NCBI GenBank assembly: GCA_043228905.1
Contig: JBHGNT010000011.1
Location: forward strand, 13,640,001-13,704,000
DNA: 64,000 nucleotides
Origin: Azolla caroliniana
Lineage: Eukaryota > Plantae > Polypodiophyta
Direction of reading: 5' to 3'
The notes below the pieces were generated by a model. It saw only the letters and a list, made by a program, of their open reading frames with translations, did not search any database and was not told where the DNA came from. The position numbers and the translations under genes were made by a program. Shown in pieces: positions 13,267-26,700 of this stretch; position 1 is the stretch's first letter, and every line of letters starts with the position of its first letter.

Positions 13267-14703
13267 AAAGAGAAGCACATTTGAACACCCATGTATCGCT
13301 TGATCTCATGGTACCCCCCCGCCTTAAAGAAGCAGCACCTCCTTCTTCCCTCCCATCCACCAGGTATACTTCCCTAAATCCATATCCATATCCATTTCCT
13401 TCTTCTCTCTCCATTACCTTTGGGCTTCTCAAATCTGCTGCTGTTTCTGCTGCTCCTGCTATCCGTGCTTCGAATTTGAATTTAATAGATGGTAACTAGC
13501 TGCAAGTAAATTCATGCGCCACCACTTTTTGGACGATATGTGGAGCAGGAAGAAAATATCGGAACCTTTTTCTGTGTGCGTGTGCGTGTGCAGGTGTTTA
13601 ATTAACGTCTTTTAATCAGCAGTTTCATTTAAGCACAATTAGTTCACACTACAGGTTTGATGTGCAATGAATCTGTTATAGTTGCATCTGAGAATGAGTA
13701 ATTCAACTAAAAATAATCAATATGATTATTTCAGAGGGATTTAGTAGCATATGAGAATTGAGTACTTCATTCAACCAAATCATTATGTCTTGAAATATTT
13801 CAGAGTCCGGATCGATGCATTTTGACGAGTTCCTCTTATGAGCAGATTAGCACTTTAAATCAGACGATATTGGCATGGAAAACTTAATAATCATGGCCAT
13901 ACTCCTGCGCTCTCTCCCCCTGCTAGATCATGAAAAGAACTTAAAATTTAAGTCTTTCCTTCAGCCTTACTGAATGGAAGGCATTGATGTATGTCTTAGA
14001 AAGATTAAGAATACGGTTACCTACATTCATAACTAACCCTAATCCTGGTTCCCATGCATGGGATTCACCCATATTGCACGTGTCAATTGAATCTGCATAT
14101 AATTCAAGCAGCCCCAAAACTTAGAGCGACTCATGATCATTTTCACTACTTATTCCTTTTCTTTGAGGATGATGAAGAGTACGTAGCTCCAGAAGTAATT
14201 TCTTTTGAGCTACAGGCCTTAAATGGTGCCTAGATCAAAGAGAATCCTTTGAAGAACATAGTAAATTTTAGACTTTATAAAATGGGGAAATCTCACTAGA
14301 CTCAACGATCTTCTTCTTCGGATTTTTTTTCCATTACTGAGGAAATCAATCTACTAAATCTTCCCATCTTTGAAGGAAATTTAGAACACTTAATAATTTG
14401 AATCACGATCATGTTTCTTTGTATGAATCTTTTGTTTTCTCTTGTAGAATGAGTCTAGTGTTCAATAAATTCATCTGATTTAGATCTAACCATTCTTTTT
14501 AATTTCCTTTCCATCTAATTAATTCTGCAGCTCAATAATATATATCCACAAGTCTACAAATGTGATCATCACTTCGTGACTGGTGTAACAATGGAAAGCA
14601 CAAATACAACAGCATGTGGATAAGGAATTATAGGCTTGGCAAAGGAATCTAAACTGTAACTACACTATTTTTATCGGAGGGTGGATCATTCAGAATAAGG
14701 GAA

Positions 14704-16729
14704 ATGTATTTGGTGGAAGATACAACGGGTGCCATCATTTTGATGATGGTCTCGCTACTGTGCCTTGGCTCGTGGCCCGCATTCTTCCATGTCTTGGAAC
14801 GAAGAGGCCGTCATCCTCAGCACACTTACTTGGATTATGCCATCACCTGCTTCATCATCGCATTACTGTTTGCCCTTACAGTCGGACAGATGGGGAGCGG
14901 CGGCACCTCTTCCTCCTCGGACCAAAACTTCTTCACTCAGCTTTCACAGGTAATTATGTGTTTGAATGAATATTAAGTACCACACATCCTATTGAACCTT
15001 ACAATCACACCAAAAATTCATTAAAATGTCAACTTGCTCCCCTTTACAATTGAGTTATAGAAACAACCTTAATATTTCGGATGTGGCTGAGAATTGCTTG
15101 ACATATTTAACAATGTAAAGCCTGAACCTTTAATTTATGAGATTGCATGATGTAGCAATCTAGGGTTCTAGCAAATTGTTCAAGTATAAGGCTATATATT
15201 TGTAACTCTTCTTACAATCAGACATGCATGTGCATGCCTTACAAGGACAGCATAAAGAGTTGTTTGTTTATATCAAAGGAATACATTAATAGCTTATACC
15301 CATGCAGCCAGGTCAACATTTTTCATGTATGCAAATGGTTTATCCTTCAGACTTTTGATAGAGTATGAAATCAATTTTCATATTTGCTCATTTATCTCAT
15401 CATATGGCTGGAAATCGAGATATTTATTCCCCGGAGAGGAATATCTCTGTCGGAATGCTGTGGAGACACCAGTGGTGGGATGAGGTGCTTGTTACCAATA
15501 TCACTGCATGGATTTGCATCCGAGGAAAGATCTTTGGCAATATTCGGTGGTATGGGACACCGATGGTGTTTAAGATCTGTCACAATTCCTTTGCTTGTGG
15601 GTGGTTGGGAGGAAAAATGCCCTTAGTCCATTTCTTTCCTTAATTATAATATGTTTATTTGCTAAATCATTAGTTCAATTTTTAATATCTAATAGTTGCA
15701 AGAGACTTATGCTGTACCATCAAGATTTTTAGCTGAATGTTATATACAAATTCATCAAGTTCAATTATTATATAACAGACTGTACATTTTTGTACATCAT
15801 ACTGGAATAGTAGGTGTTTGTTGTATGGTTATCACATGGAAAAACTACGTTTAAGGTTAAGGCCTTCACAAGTTAAATCATCAGTTGCCTTCCTACAAGT
15901 GGATGTGTCTCTCTTTTCCTTTCTGTGATCTCATGCATTGACGAATAACATTTATCATCTATTACTAGATCCCTCTCTTGAATCGGTTGTCCCAACAGAT
16001 TGAAGCCACTATTGATCTTGGGTTCTAGGAATTAATGGTTTTTCCATGCTACATTTCTTAATATTGGATTTGTATTACAATGATGCATTCTTATTGGATC
16101 TGTATTCTTATGTGTGTGAGCATTACAATGATATTCTTGCATGAAAACCTAAATTATGAATTAATTTCAAAACATGTGCTTTCCTTCCTACAGATCCAGG
16201 ACAATGGAATGTGTGTATTGATTGCAATGCTGGGGGGCGTTGCACTTTGTATTGGAAATATGTTGATGCAATACTCTCTTGTTTTCCTAGGTATCTCGTT
16301 GACGGAAGTTGTTTCCGCCAGTATTGCAGTTGTTGGCGGTACGTCACATTCTCCAACCCAATATAAACTATGCGTTATTTACTTTAAAATCAATTAGTTT
16401 AAAAACTCATACACACCCTGGCCTTCACAAGACTAGCATAGTTAAGGTGAGGTTAACCAATCTGAAAATGAGTCTAAAGGTATGCAATATAAATGAATGA
16501 GAAAAGGAAAGAAACAAGACTTTACTTGCAACGTCCAGTGGCATTCACTGCCTTTTACCTAAACAAAACTTGAGTTTACGTTAAAGTTCACGTTTTTCAA
16601 GCATTAACTGAGATAAGTACATCATGTTTGTTTGAAGATGAAAACTCTGGGATGGGTAGATTTTCTCTGTAGGTCTTGTATGAAGCTACGGAATGTAAAT
16701 GTATACTTCTCCTTGAACTTGAGAGTATT

Positions 16730-16761
<32 letters not shown>

Positions 16762-19700
16762 AGCTTTTTTTAAGAGGCCAAAATGGCCTATGAAAGAGAA
16801 AAGAAGAGAAGCTATATTAGCATCTTTTAAGAGGCCAAAATGGCCTATGAAAAAGAAAAGAAAGAGAAGATATACTAGCATCTTTTAAGAGAGGCCAAAA
16901 TGACCTATGAAAGAGAAAAGAAAGAGAAGGTATATTAGCATCTTTTAAGAGGCCAAAATGGCCTATTAGACCGAACCAGAGATTACAAACTAAAATGTTT
17001 TCTCGGCTTGGAGAACAACACACCAAAATGAATATGACTAAACATAGGTTTTTAAAGAATCTAAGTACATAAGAATTTAAGATTTTGAACTTCGTTGTAG
17101 TGAAATTTCTACCTTTGTGGCTAGGTGATAATGGTCTTTATTTGTCGATGATAAGGGTAAGAAGGCCATGCTCCAAATGGTTGCATCCGTGTTAATATTG
17201 CCTGATCTAATGTAACCTCGTTCTACTTTTGGCATTAGAAGAAACAATGGAGTTAAAGAAACCCGCAATTGTTTTCTCTGGATTACTTCTTGTGGTTGTA
17301 TTGTTTCCCTTCAACAACTTCTCTTTGTGTTTCTTGAGTTCTAGCAAGAACAATCCCAAGCATCATTGGTGTTAATATTCCATTATACAACGTAGTGGGC
17401 CAAAGCCTTGTTTGAATAGGTTGCAATAGTATCTCCTTATTCAATCATGTAGGAAAGCAAGTGTTCTTCTAATTCCACCCCCAGATGTCCCCAGAAGATC
17501 ACAACTAGTAGATACATTCTTCCATCGATTTATGAGCATATTTGCAATCTTACTTTCTAATTGATATGAGGAGGTCTTAAGTTGGCCTTTTACACTATGT
17601 AATGCATGAGATGGATGTGTATTCGTATTAGAAGGCTTCATAATAAAACTCATTCTATAAAGCATATAAACTAGTGTCTTATAGTGAGCCATCTTCTTAC
17701 CAAGAGATGTTGTGGGGTTTATCCGTGTTCTCTCATTATCCATTTAATGATACAAACTCCGATCACTCTATTATTCTTTGCTTTATATATGTTCAAGTGT
17801 GGACAATCCAAGCAATATTGGAATAGATGAATTGTTCTTGCATTTCACTATGCCAACAATAACTATCTTGATGTTCAACAAGTTGTTTTGATAACATAAG
17901 TGCCAGTCTTGAGTACTTCGTTAAGGGAGCTCTCAATTACATAGGATATTGTTCACGAATACATAGCATGGTTATTTTAGCCTTAGTTCAATCCCATGGG
18001 TTCTTGTTCTTGTTCTTGTTCTTCGTCTTGTTCTTGTTCTTCTTTTCCCCCCAAAGATTTCCTTCATTAGTATTAAGAAAAGCACTGGAAGGGTACAAAA
18101 TGTACAATCAGAAAATGCTAGGGGAAGGACCAGGGGTGATGGTATTTCCCGATCGGTCCTTGAGAGGAGACCGTGACCAAAGGCAGCTTCTTCCCCCATA
18201 ACTGCAGTAATTTTTTCCTTTTCTTAAGACCTATCAAATCTCGTAAGCTCAGATCCCCCACTATTTCGTCAAGTATTTAGTTGTTGCTTGCCAAGGGAAT
18301 AGTCACTAGCTTCAACTTCTTACCCACTATCTTATATTTTGTAATAAATTCAGCGTCTTTTGTTACAATTCACTTTGCACATATTCATCAATGGCGGTGG
18401 GTGTACCTCACATAGTTGATCTGAATCATCCATACCTCAAAGGGACCCGACATGATGACACTCTAGTTCTCCCATCGTGTCATCGAATGAGATATCTTCT
18501 TGTACCTCTGAAATTATTTCTTCTTTTTCCTCAAGAATGTCGTATCTTTTTAAGATTGTTTGTAAATTTCTAACCCAATGTTCTGCCTTATTAATGGTAC
18601 TCACATGACGTGCACCATTGGAGAGAAAAAAAACACTTTATTTATCTTGAGTCAACCCTTACTACTAAACTTAGGGGACTAAAATAGACCGTCAGTTTTT
18701 AACTAGAATGTTCTCTTTTGCTTTATGTTGTAATTCTTTTAGCATCAATTGATTAACATTTCATTCTTTGCATAATTTCAGGGACAACTGTAAATTATTT
18801 TTTGGATGATGGGCTCAACCGAGCATCTATACTATTTCCTGGAGTTGGTTGTTTTCTAATTGCTATTTTATTTGGATCTCTATGCCATGCCTCAAATGCA
18901 AAGGATATCAACATCAAATATCAGATGGCCATAGGGTCAGTATTTTCACGTTACAAAACTTAACAGAAGTATTATCTTTGTTTGATGCATACAAATGCCT
19001 CTAACCTAAACACAAGGAACGTAATTGAATATCACCTTTGGTGAAACTCTTGTGACAAGCATGTAACCATGATCCATCCTATATAACTTGAAACACAGGT
19101 CTTACATAATGTCTGGAATATTAGATGTATCGGGCAAGAATTTCATGAAACTTTTTGTTAAAAAGACAATCTCAGCCTTCTGTAATGTATGTTGAAAATG
19201 ACGGATCATAGATCAATAACTTAGTATTTGATAAAGGTGCATTAGGTTTGTAGCCTTTCTACTGGAGTTACAAAAGTAGTTGAAGCTGCTGGAAAATCTG
19301 TTTGAAGTAACCCTCACCCTCATAGATAAGGTGCCATCCCACCCTTCTTGAGCATCTTTGCCATAATTAGATTATAGGTAAAAAAAAGAAATGAAATCAT
19401 CCTGCTTCCATAGTATTTCAGAATTTCACACTACAGAAAATAAATTGTGTGAAAAGATCATGCAAAAATAAGGTTTCTTTGCAAGACCTCTCATTAGAAT
19501 ATGTTTTTTGTGAACGTTGTGTATGGATACAGAACCTACAAAGAGTTTTATGTGGAAGCTGGAAAAGAACCAGATTCAGCAAACTTGTTGGGAACACCTA
19601 AGGGTAAGTTTATTTACGACACAAAAGTGAAGAAAAATTAGATTGTTCCAAAAATTTTGGCTTATGTTTTTACTGTAGAAATTTATTGCTCCAATAATTA

Positions 19701-22151
19701 AAGGTATACTGAAAGGTAGTTTTGGGAAATCTAAGCTTCCGTACTGCTAATTTTTTCCTCTCCTGAGAGGGTTTTCTATTATGCAAAGAATAGATCAATC
19801 AGAAAACAAAAGAGAACGTGAAAAGAGAAAAATGGAAAAAAGAAAAACAGACTGACCACTGTCAAGAGTGTCCCTTGTACAGGAGCTCTGTGAATATCTT
19901 AAATCAGAAGGCTTGTAATACCAAAAGTAACTCCTTCTTATGGGATTTTTTAAGGGCTTTTGCAAGTAATATGTTCGTTCATTTGAATTTTGTAATCAAG
20001 AACCTCTACACTATCTTATTTTAGGAAGGCGGATAAACCCTTTGAGAATGTGCATAGTTTCTTCAGCATGGAATCTTCCAAGTTCTCTGCTAGTAAAAAT
20101 TTGTCTGAATGTAGATCAATATTGTTATGGGCATGACCATATAATATCCCGTGGTGAGAATTTACCGTAGTATTCTGTACACGTGGATAATGTGTCAAAT
20201 GAGGGTAGCTAGGCCTCATATTTATAGCCAGACCTAAGGCCCCCATACAAGTTCACACTTGGCCTAATGGGTTGCCGCAATCCTGAGGATTAAAAGTAAT
20301 CATCCCCTTCTTTACACTCTCGTTTGAGACGGGCATGACCATATAATATCCCGTGGTGAGAATTTACCGTAGTATTCTATACACGGGATATTATATGGTC
20401 ATGCCCGTAACAAATATTCACTAAGAAGTATAATAATGTTTACGAGTGTTAATGGATCAGTCAGATTGTCCATAACTCAGAAACCATAACATTTCATCTT
20501 GTTACAAAATGTACGCGGAGAAAAAATAACTTCATAGGGAAAACCTTCACCTATGATTTTGAGATGAGAATAGAGCTTTCCCTTGATGATTCATAGTTAA
20601 TCCTTCGATGCTTTAAAGTTTTTATACCCAAGTTAAAAAGAAAAACAGAGCATGTCCGTTTGTGTTGGAATACTAAGTCTGAACACAGAATCAGTTTCAC
20701 CACTACATTATGTTCATAGGTCATTCACAATAGCTATGGTGCATGAAGAACAAGAAAGGTTAATGCCAGCATTTGCTATGTCTTTTTGTATAGTGACACA
20801 ATCAGCTGCCACGTACTAGAAAACAGTAAAAACAAATTTGATAAAAGAAATGAATTATTCTGAGAAGGCTTTTTTCCAAAGTATGTATCTACATATATAT
20901 GAACTTTTGAGGATGTGTTTAATTGTAGAGTAAAGGAGGTTCTGTACCATGTGTGGACGAGTTGAGTAGTTACATAACTGGGAATAAAAAATGTATTGAA
21001 ACTGTAGGTACATAAAATGGGAATTGAATTTCTTGTCAGATAGCTATGTACAAAAACTGTTACCTATCTGAAAATACATCATTGTCGATCATAAATTTCA
21101 GATCAAGAAGCTGTTGATGGTTGCAGCAATCTCCAGAAACAGCATAATTATGTTGGAAGTTCAGAGTATTTTCATCATCTTGAAACAAAGAGGGCTGTAA
21201 AGGTATGCTCCTTGCTTGTGGAGGGTTTGGTCACATTTAATACAAATATGTTAAGCCCTTCAGCTTGTTCATCTAGTTTTTATATGTACTGGTTCTTACG
21301 TAATGTAATTATCTTATCTATCACCTTTTTTCTCAAGGTAGCATTTGTTCTGAGTATAACAAAATGGAAAGCTTAGTTGTTTATATTTATCATTATTAAA
21401 TCAAATTGTCTCACCTATCATCTTGTGTTGCAAGGTAGCATTTATACTGAGTATAATAATATGAAGAACATGTTGAAGCTAAGTTGTTGGAAATTTAAAC
21501 AGATTCTGGGAATCCGTCCCCTATTTGGCCTCTCTATTGCCTTCCTAACAGGATTGTGCTATGCTTTATTTTCTCCCTTGGTGAATATAGCAACAAATGA
21601 TCAGTTTGGGTTTCTGCAAGAAGGGGTACCTGATTTGAGTGTCTATACAACCTTCTTCTACTTCTCCACAGCGTTTTTGGCATGTGCCATTGTGATCAAC
21701 ATTTATCTTCTATATAATCCAGTACTTGGGTTAGAGAAGTCTTCGGTTTCGGCATACTTCATGGACAATAATGGTCGCATTCTAGCAATCTATGCTGGTG
21801 TGGTTTGTGGAGTCGGAAATGGCTTTCAATTCATGGGTGGTGAAGCAGCTGGCTATGCTGCTGCAGATGCTGTGCAGGTGAGCCCTCAGCCAACTCAAGA
21901 ACAAAATTTACTCATATGCTGAACAAAATCAGATTTAGACATACATAGAGATATGCCTGTAATGAGAGATATAACTTCTTATTCATGCTTGATGTCAGGC
22001 ATTGCCACTTGTAGGAACTCTTTGGGGGATACTCTTGTTTGGGGAGTACCATAACTCTTCAAGAACAACCTACATACTTCTTGTTGCTATGCTATCAATG
22101 TTTGTGATTGCTGTAGGGTTTCTTATCGGATCATCTAGTTCAAGGTTTTGA
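14704..22151 (+). CDS. UPS: Ureide permease (allantoin/purine-pyrimidine derivative transporter), 7 coding exons, 412 aa
   Basis: Exons 14704-14949, 16200-16338, 18782-18935, 19533-19603, 21102-21202, 21503-21877, 21999-22151. All introns are GT-AG with consistent phases (1239 nt). Family motifs: ERRGRHPQHTYLDY, NFFTQLSQDN, GTTVNYFLDD, NIATNDQ, GNGFQFMGGEAAGYAAADAVQALPLV, LFGEY. A probable 5' UTR intron spans ~13492-14530. Confidence 0.93.
15400..15584 (+). mobile_element. LTR fragment related to the element B LTR, in UPS intron 1
   Basis: GGTGGTATGGGACA.CG.TGGT matches the reverse complement of B LTR 10348-10376. Boundaries are uncertain and no TSD was found. Confidence 0.5.
16765..16965. 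repeat. ~58 bp minisatellite, about 3.5 copies, in UPS intron 2
   Basis: Repeated unit CTTTTAAGAGGCCAAAATGGCCTATGAAAGAGAAAAGAAGAGAAG.TAT..TAGCAT, preceded by (GA)n. Confidence 0.9.
20123..20412 (-). mobile_element. 290-bp solo-LTR/MITE-like insertion in UPS intron 4
   Basis: TG...CA ends, 5-bp TSD AATAT (20118-20122 / 20413-20417), 31-bp terminal inverted repeats with 1 mismatch, an internal ~55-bp direct repeat, and a TATA-proximal motif shared with the B LTR. Confidence 0.9.
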
Positions 22152-23039
22152 CATATGCTTCGCATTATCTTTGATGTAATGAAAACACTCCCCCCAAAAA
22201 TTTGGAAGCCATTCTCATATCGAGAATTCCCAATATTTAGTTCGGGTTTTTGGTGCATGTGGGCTTCAAGATCAAAGGATATTTCTGCAAAATCAAAGGC
22301 TCTATGTTGTCTTTTTCCTTTTTTCTTTTTTCTTTTTTTTTTACAATGCTTGCCTTGCCAGGAAAATGGATTAAACATTAGCCAAACTGCAATCATGCAA
22401 GGCACATTTGGACAAATTCTTTTAAGGCGCTTACTAATAAACATCTTGCTCCCGATGACATATCACATGGACATACATGTGTGTTAATATAATTCATCGC
22501 CTATAATTGTTTTGAATCCTTAGATATTAATATTATAGATTTGCCAACCCATTAATGAATCTTAATAATGAAAATAATTTATGTACACCTCCTTCAAAAG
22601 AGTGCATAGTATATTTTGAGTAGCTTCCATCAATTGGCGTACTTCCTAAGATGTAAGCTTGAAGAAGGTACTTGGAGGTTATCCAATGTCTTGTAATCCT
22701 TGAAATGTGTAGACCTTGACCTTGGTTCATTGAGTGATAGAATGACCTCAATTCCTTTGAAATCAAACCTAAACCTCTTTTATTGCCTTATCATGAATGT
22801 CTTTCTTTCATTTAAATGATCCAAGTTTCATCTTTCAATCTACACGACATAAATCGATGTGAATTCCTTTTTGCCGACATCACTTTGTATAACAATGAAT
22901 CGAAGAGATGTGGGATCTTTGAAAGCATTCAACCGACGTATAGAAAAACTTTATTGGAAAGTTTCCTATGTGCTTTAACTCTAGGCTCTTGCTTTAACCT
23001 CAGATATTAAGTTTAGGCATGGAAAGACTTTCACCCAAA

Positions 23040-23538
23040 CGTCATGTTCATAGGTCATTGAGAATAGTTAAGAGTACATGATGGACAAATATTAGTGTTA
23101 CTTGTACAACTTTATAAACCAATTCAATAGCTAATTTTCATGGGTTAAGGGTAGGATAGTCAAAAAATTGAGTAGCCTAGGAAGTGGAATAAAGCCATAA
23201 GGACCTATGACACATGGTGAAATGGGAGCCTTAGGTGTTGAGCTATACAGATAAAGGGAGCTAGTTACCCCCTTCATTATAACATCTTGGGACTCTCACA
23301 AGACTCTATTGGTGAGGCTAAGATCTCTTTGTCAAATCTATTCTTCAACATTTAAGATATAATATAGGGCAATGTTTGATGGTATGGGACAACAATGGTA
23401 TTTTATGTTTCTCATATCCTTTGCTTGAGGTCGGTTGGTATGGCTAAGTACCCTTTATTATTCTCCTTAATCTAGTATTCTTTTCCTCGACATTAGTTTG
23501 GTCTGGAACCAATTTTGCTAAACCTTTATATTGTGACA
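23040..23538 (+). mobile_element. Old solo LTR distantly related to the B-type LTRs
   Basis: Ends ...TGTGACA. Contains ATGGTATGGGACA and GAGCTAGTTACCCCCTTCATT, counterparts of B-LTR motifs. The TSD is imperfect (CCAAA/CCATC). Confidence 0.45.
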
Positions 23539-23559
23539 CCATCAATTTTAATGCATTAG

Positions 23560-23742
23560 AAAACTCTTAGAAATAAATTTGGTAAAAGAAATGAATTATT
23601 TTGAAATTGAGATTTATTCTAAGGTATGTAAATAGGATATTTACTGGCTTCAAATTCACGTATGTATGTGAACTTTTTAAGGCGTATTTAGTTTTAGTAT
23701 AATGGAGGTTCTATAAGGTATATGTGGACTGGTTGAATAGTT
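23560..23742 (+). pseudogene. Left part of a degenerate partial duplicate of UPS (intron 4 sequence)
   Basis: Collinear similarity to ~20825-20971 (AAATTTG.TAAAAGAAATGAATTATT...TGAACTTTT...GGAGGTTCT...TGTGGAC..GTTGA.TAGTT). Confidence 0.8.
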
Positions 23743-26700
23743 TGTTGTATGAGCAAGGAGACGTGGAACGAGCAGTTGTTTTTTCTAAAATGGTGAAGAC
23801 CACTGAGAAGAAAACAAAACAGAAAAAGATACACACAAAAAAATGTTTTTTGGCAGGCACAAAAAACCCTCGTTTTTTATTAGCTTATATACCTAGTGAT
23901 AAATAGTGAGAATTACCTTTTTGGCCTTTCTCACTATCTATCAATCTCCCATTAAAGGCCAAACAAGGGATCATCAAAGTTGATGGGAAGATTCTACAAG
24001 ACCTACACATCCTAATTGATGAAGATGTTATACAATATACATAAAACGGTGTGTAGCATGAAGAGCTAAGTAATTCCCATCAAGTGACAACAATGCTCTA
24101 ACGCATCATGTGGTAGAGCTTTGGTCTATGCATCTGCAACATTTTCTTGAGAGACAACTTTCTCAAGACTAATGTAGCCAGTTGCTATGCATTCTCGGAT
24201 GAAGTGATATCGCACTCCAATGTGCTTGGTCTTTGCATGGTATACTTGGTTGTTAGCTAATGCAATGGCACTTTGACAATCACAAAACAATATGGGTACA
24301 AGTTGAGATATGCCCATGTCACAAGTTAATCTGGACAATCATACAACTTCCTTACACGCTTCACTAGTTGCAACATACTCTGCTTCTGTAGTGGACAGAG
24401 CAGTACACTCTTGGAGACGAGATCTCCAAGATACAACACCTGCCATAAACTGAAAAATACACCCCAAAATGGATTTTCTATTGTCAGAACAACCAGCATA
24501 ATCAGAGTTTGTATAGCCAATAATGGATACATTTCTGCAACCTAAATATAAACACTTATTCTTGGTGTCACTCAAATATCTCAATATCACTTTAACTACT
24601 TCTCAATGTTTCTTAACGGGGTTTGACAAAAATCTGCTCACGGCTCCCACTACAAATGCAATGTCTAGCCTAGTCGCAATCATAGCGTACATAAGGCTAC
24701 CCACAGTAGATTGGTAAAGAATTTTACTCATCAACTCCTTTTCATTATTAGAATTGGGACATTCATCTTTGCTTAGTTTAACATGCATAGATAATGGTGT
24801 GCCCAAAGGCTTTGCACTCTCCATATTAAACCTCTTGAGTATTTTGCATACATACTAAGATTGAGACAAATAAATACATCCATTACTCCTATCCTGAGTA
24901 ATACGCATTCCCAGGATGTGTTTAACATTTCCCAAATTTTTCATATCAAAGGTTTGACTTAGAGTTTTCTTTAGTTTGGACAACTCATCCTTCTTTTTAG
25001 CGACAATGAGCATGTCATCTACATAGAGTATCAAAATTGCATATGAGTCATCTATACATTTCTTTGTATATAAGCATGAGTCTTCATTACTCCTAGTATA
25101 ACTTTAGGACCTCATAAATGCATCGAATTTTTAATACCACTTTAGAGGTGATTGCTTAAGACCATATAAACTTTTCTTAAGTTTACATACCAAATGCATT
25201 TTCCCATAAACTTCAAAACCCTTTAGTTGCTCCATATAGATCTCTTCATCAAGATCTCCATGCAAAAAAGCAGTTTTTACATCCATTTGAAATAAATCAA
25301 GATCATTTTTTGCAACCAATGCAAGCATCATGCGCAATGTAGTCATCTTGACTACCAGAGAGAAGATTTCATCGAAATCAACTCTTTGTTCTTGTTTAAA
25401 ACCTTTTGCCACAATGCGAGCTTTATACTTAGGAATAACACTATCGGATGTGTATTTGTACTTATACACCCATTTAAATGGTAGTGCTTTCCTACCTTTT
25501 GGCAAAGGCACTAAATCCCAAGTTCCATTCTTATGGATACTATCCAACTCATTTTGCATTGCTTGTTTCCACTTAGCATGATCGTGGACAGATATGGCTT
25601 CATTGTAACATGAAGGCTCGCCGGCATCTAATAGCATTACATAATCATCAAATTTACTGGGTGGTTTGGAGACACCTGTGGATCTCCTCAATGATTCCTA
25701 AACCTGAATACCATCAGGTTGTGCATGAGAAACATCATTCTAAGCATATTCTTGCTAAAAATCATCATTTTGCATATCATTGTGTTGAGCATCATCATGT
25801 TGACCAATAATAGTTTTTCATGGCTAAGCACATGTAGAAGCATCTACATCAATGAGATTTGTTTGTTTTACATCAATAGAAGGCACAATATCCTTAAACA
25901 TAACCTTTCTCACTTCTACCTCCTTTACAGACTGTTTATGCATTTTGTTCTCATAAAAAACAACATCGCTACTTCTGACCACAGTATGTGTGTCAGGGTC
26001 CCATAAGTGATATCCAAATTACCCATCAATTCCATAACCAACGAATATACATTTTCTGCATTTATAGTCCAATTTCTTTCTTAGTTGTTTTGGAATCTGT
26101 ACATATGCTTTGTTGAGAAGCAAGCTCAACAAAGGTATGTGATGCTTATTGAGAAATAAGCTATAGTAGCTATTAGCTACTTAGCTACTAGTGGACATAA
26201 AGGTGAAACAGTTATTTAGCTATGCAGAGCTATTTCGCTACTAACAACTATTTAGCTATTGACAGCTATTTAGCTTCATATGTAAGTGACTTATAACTTA
26301 GGTAAAAAGTAGGAGAGTGAGATATAGAATAGAAAAAAGTATGTAGTAAAGAGTGTGTATAGAAGTAAGAACAGAAAACTGACGAGAGTGAGTTGAGCTC
26401 TCGTGTAATGAAATAGAAAAAGCTTTTTGGTTTGCTACACAAAGGTAAGTCTCCTTCCCCTTCCTTTTCAGTCTTGAGCACTAAACGATCTAGCACATCA
26501 TGATCCGTTGTGCACACAGAAGAGTCATAGTGCCTTCGTAATATGGTATCAGTGCAGAGTTGCTCATAAAGAAGATTAGAGCAGTACAGATCTAAAAATT
26601 TTGGTTCTGGTTGTTGATCTAAATCAGAGAGTTGTCTGTGAAGTTAATCATAGCAAAAGCCCTAATTGAAAGAGAGAACGACTACTGAGAATGGAAGCCA

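Noticed and set aside
12658-13499. ORFs with SLSLSL, YTYTYT or CLSV repeats
   Set aside because: These are translations of microsatellites with no protein-family features.
17000-18600. Possible decayed LINE (ORF1 knuckle/endonuclease) on minus in UPS intron 2
   Set aside because: Only vague motif resemblance, with no termini, tail or TSD that I can support.
22533-23030. Possible LINE RT remnant (FLFADITL on +, YILGSTPI on -)
   Set aside because: The two hints are on opposite strands and each is too weak.
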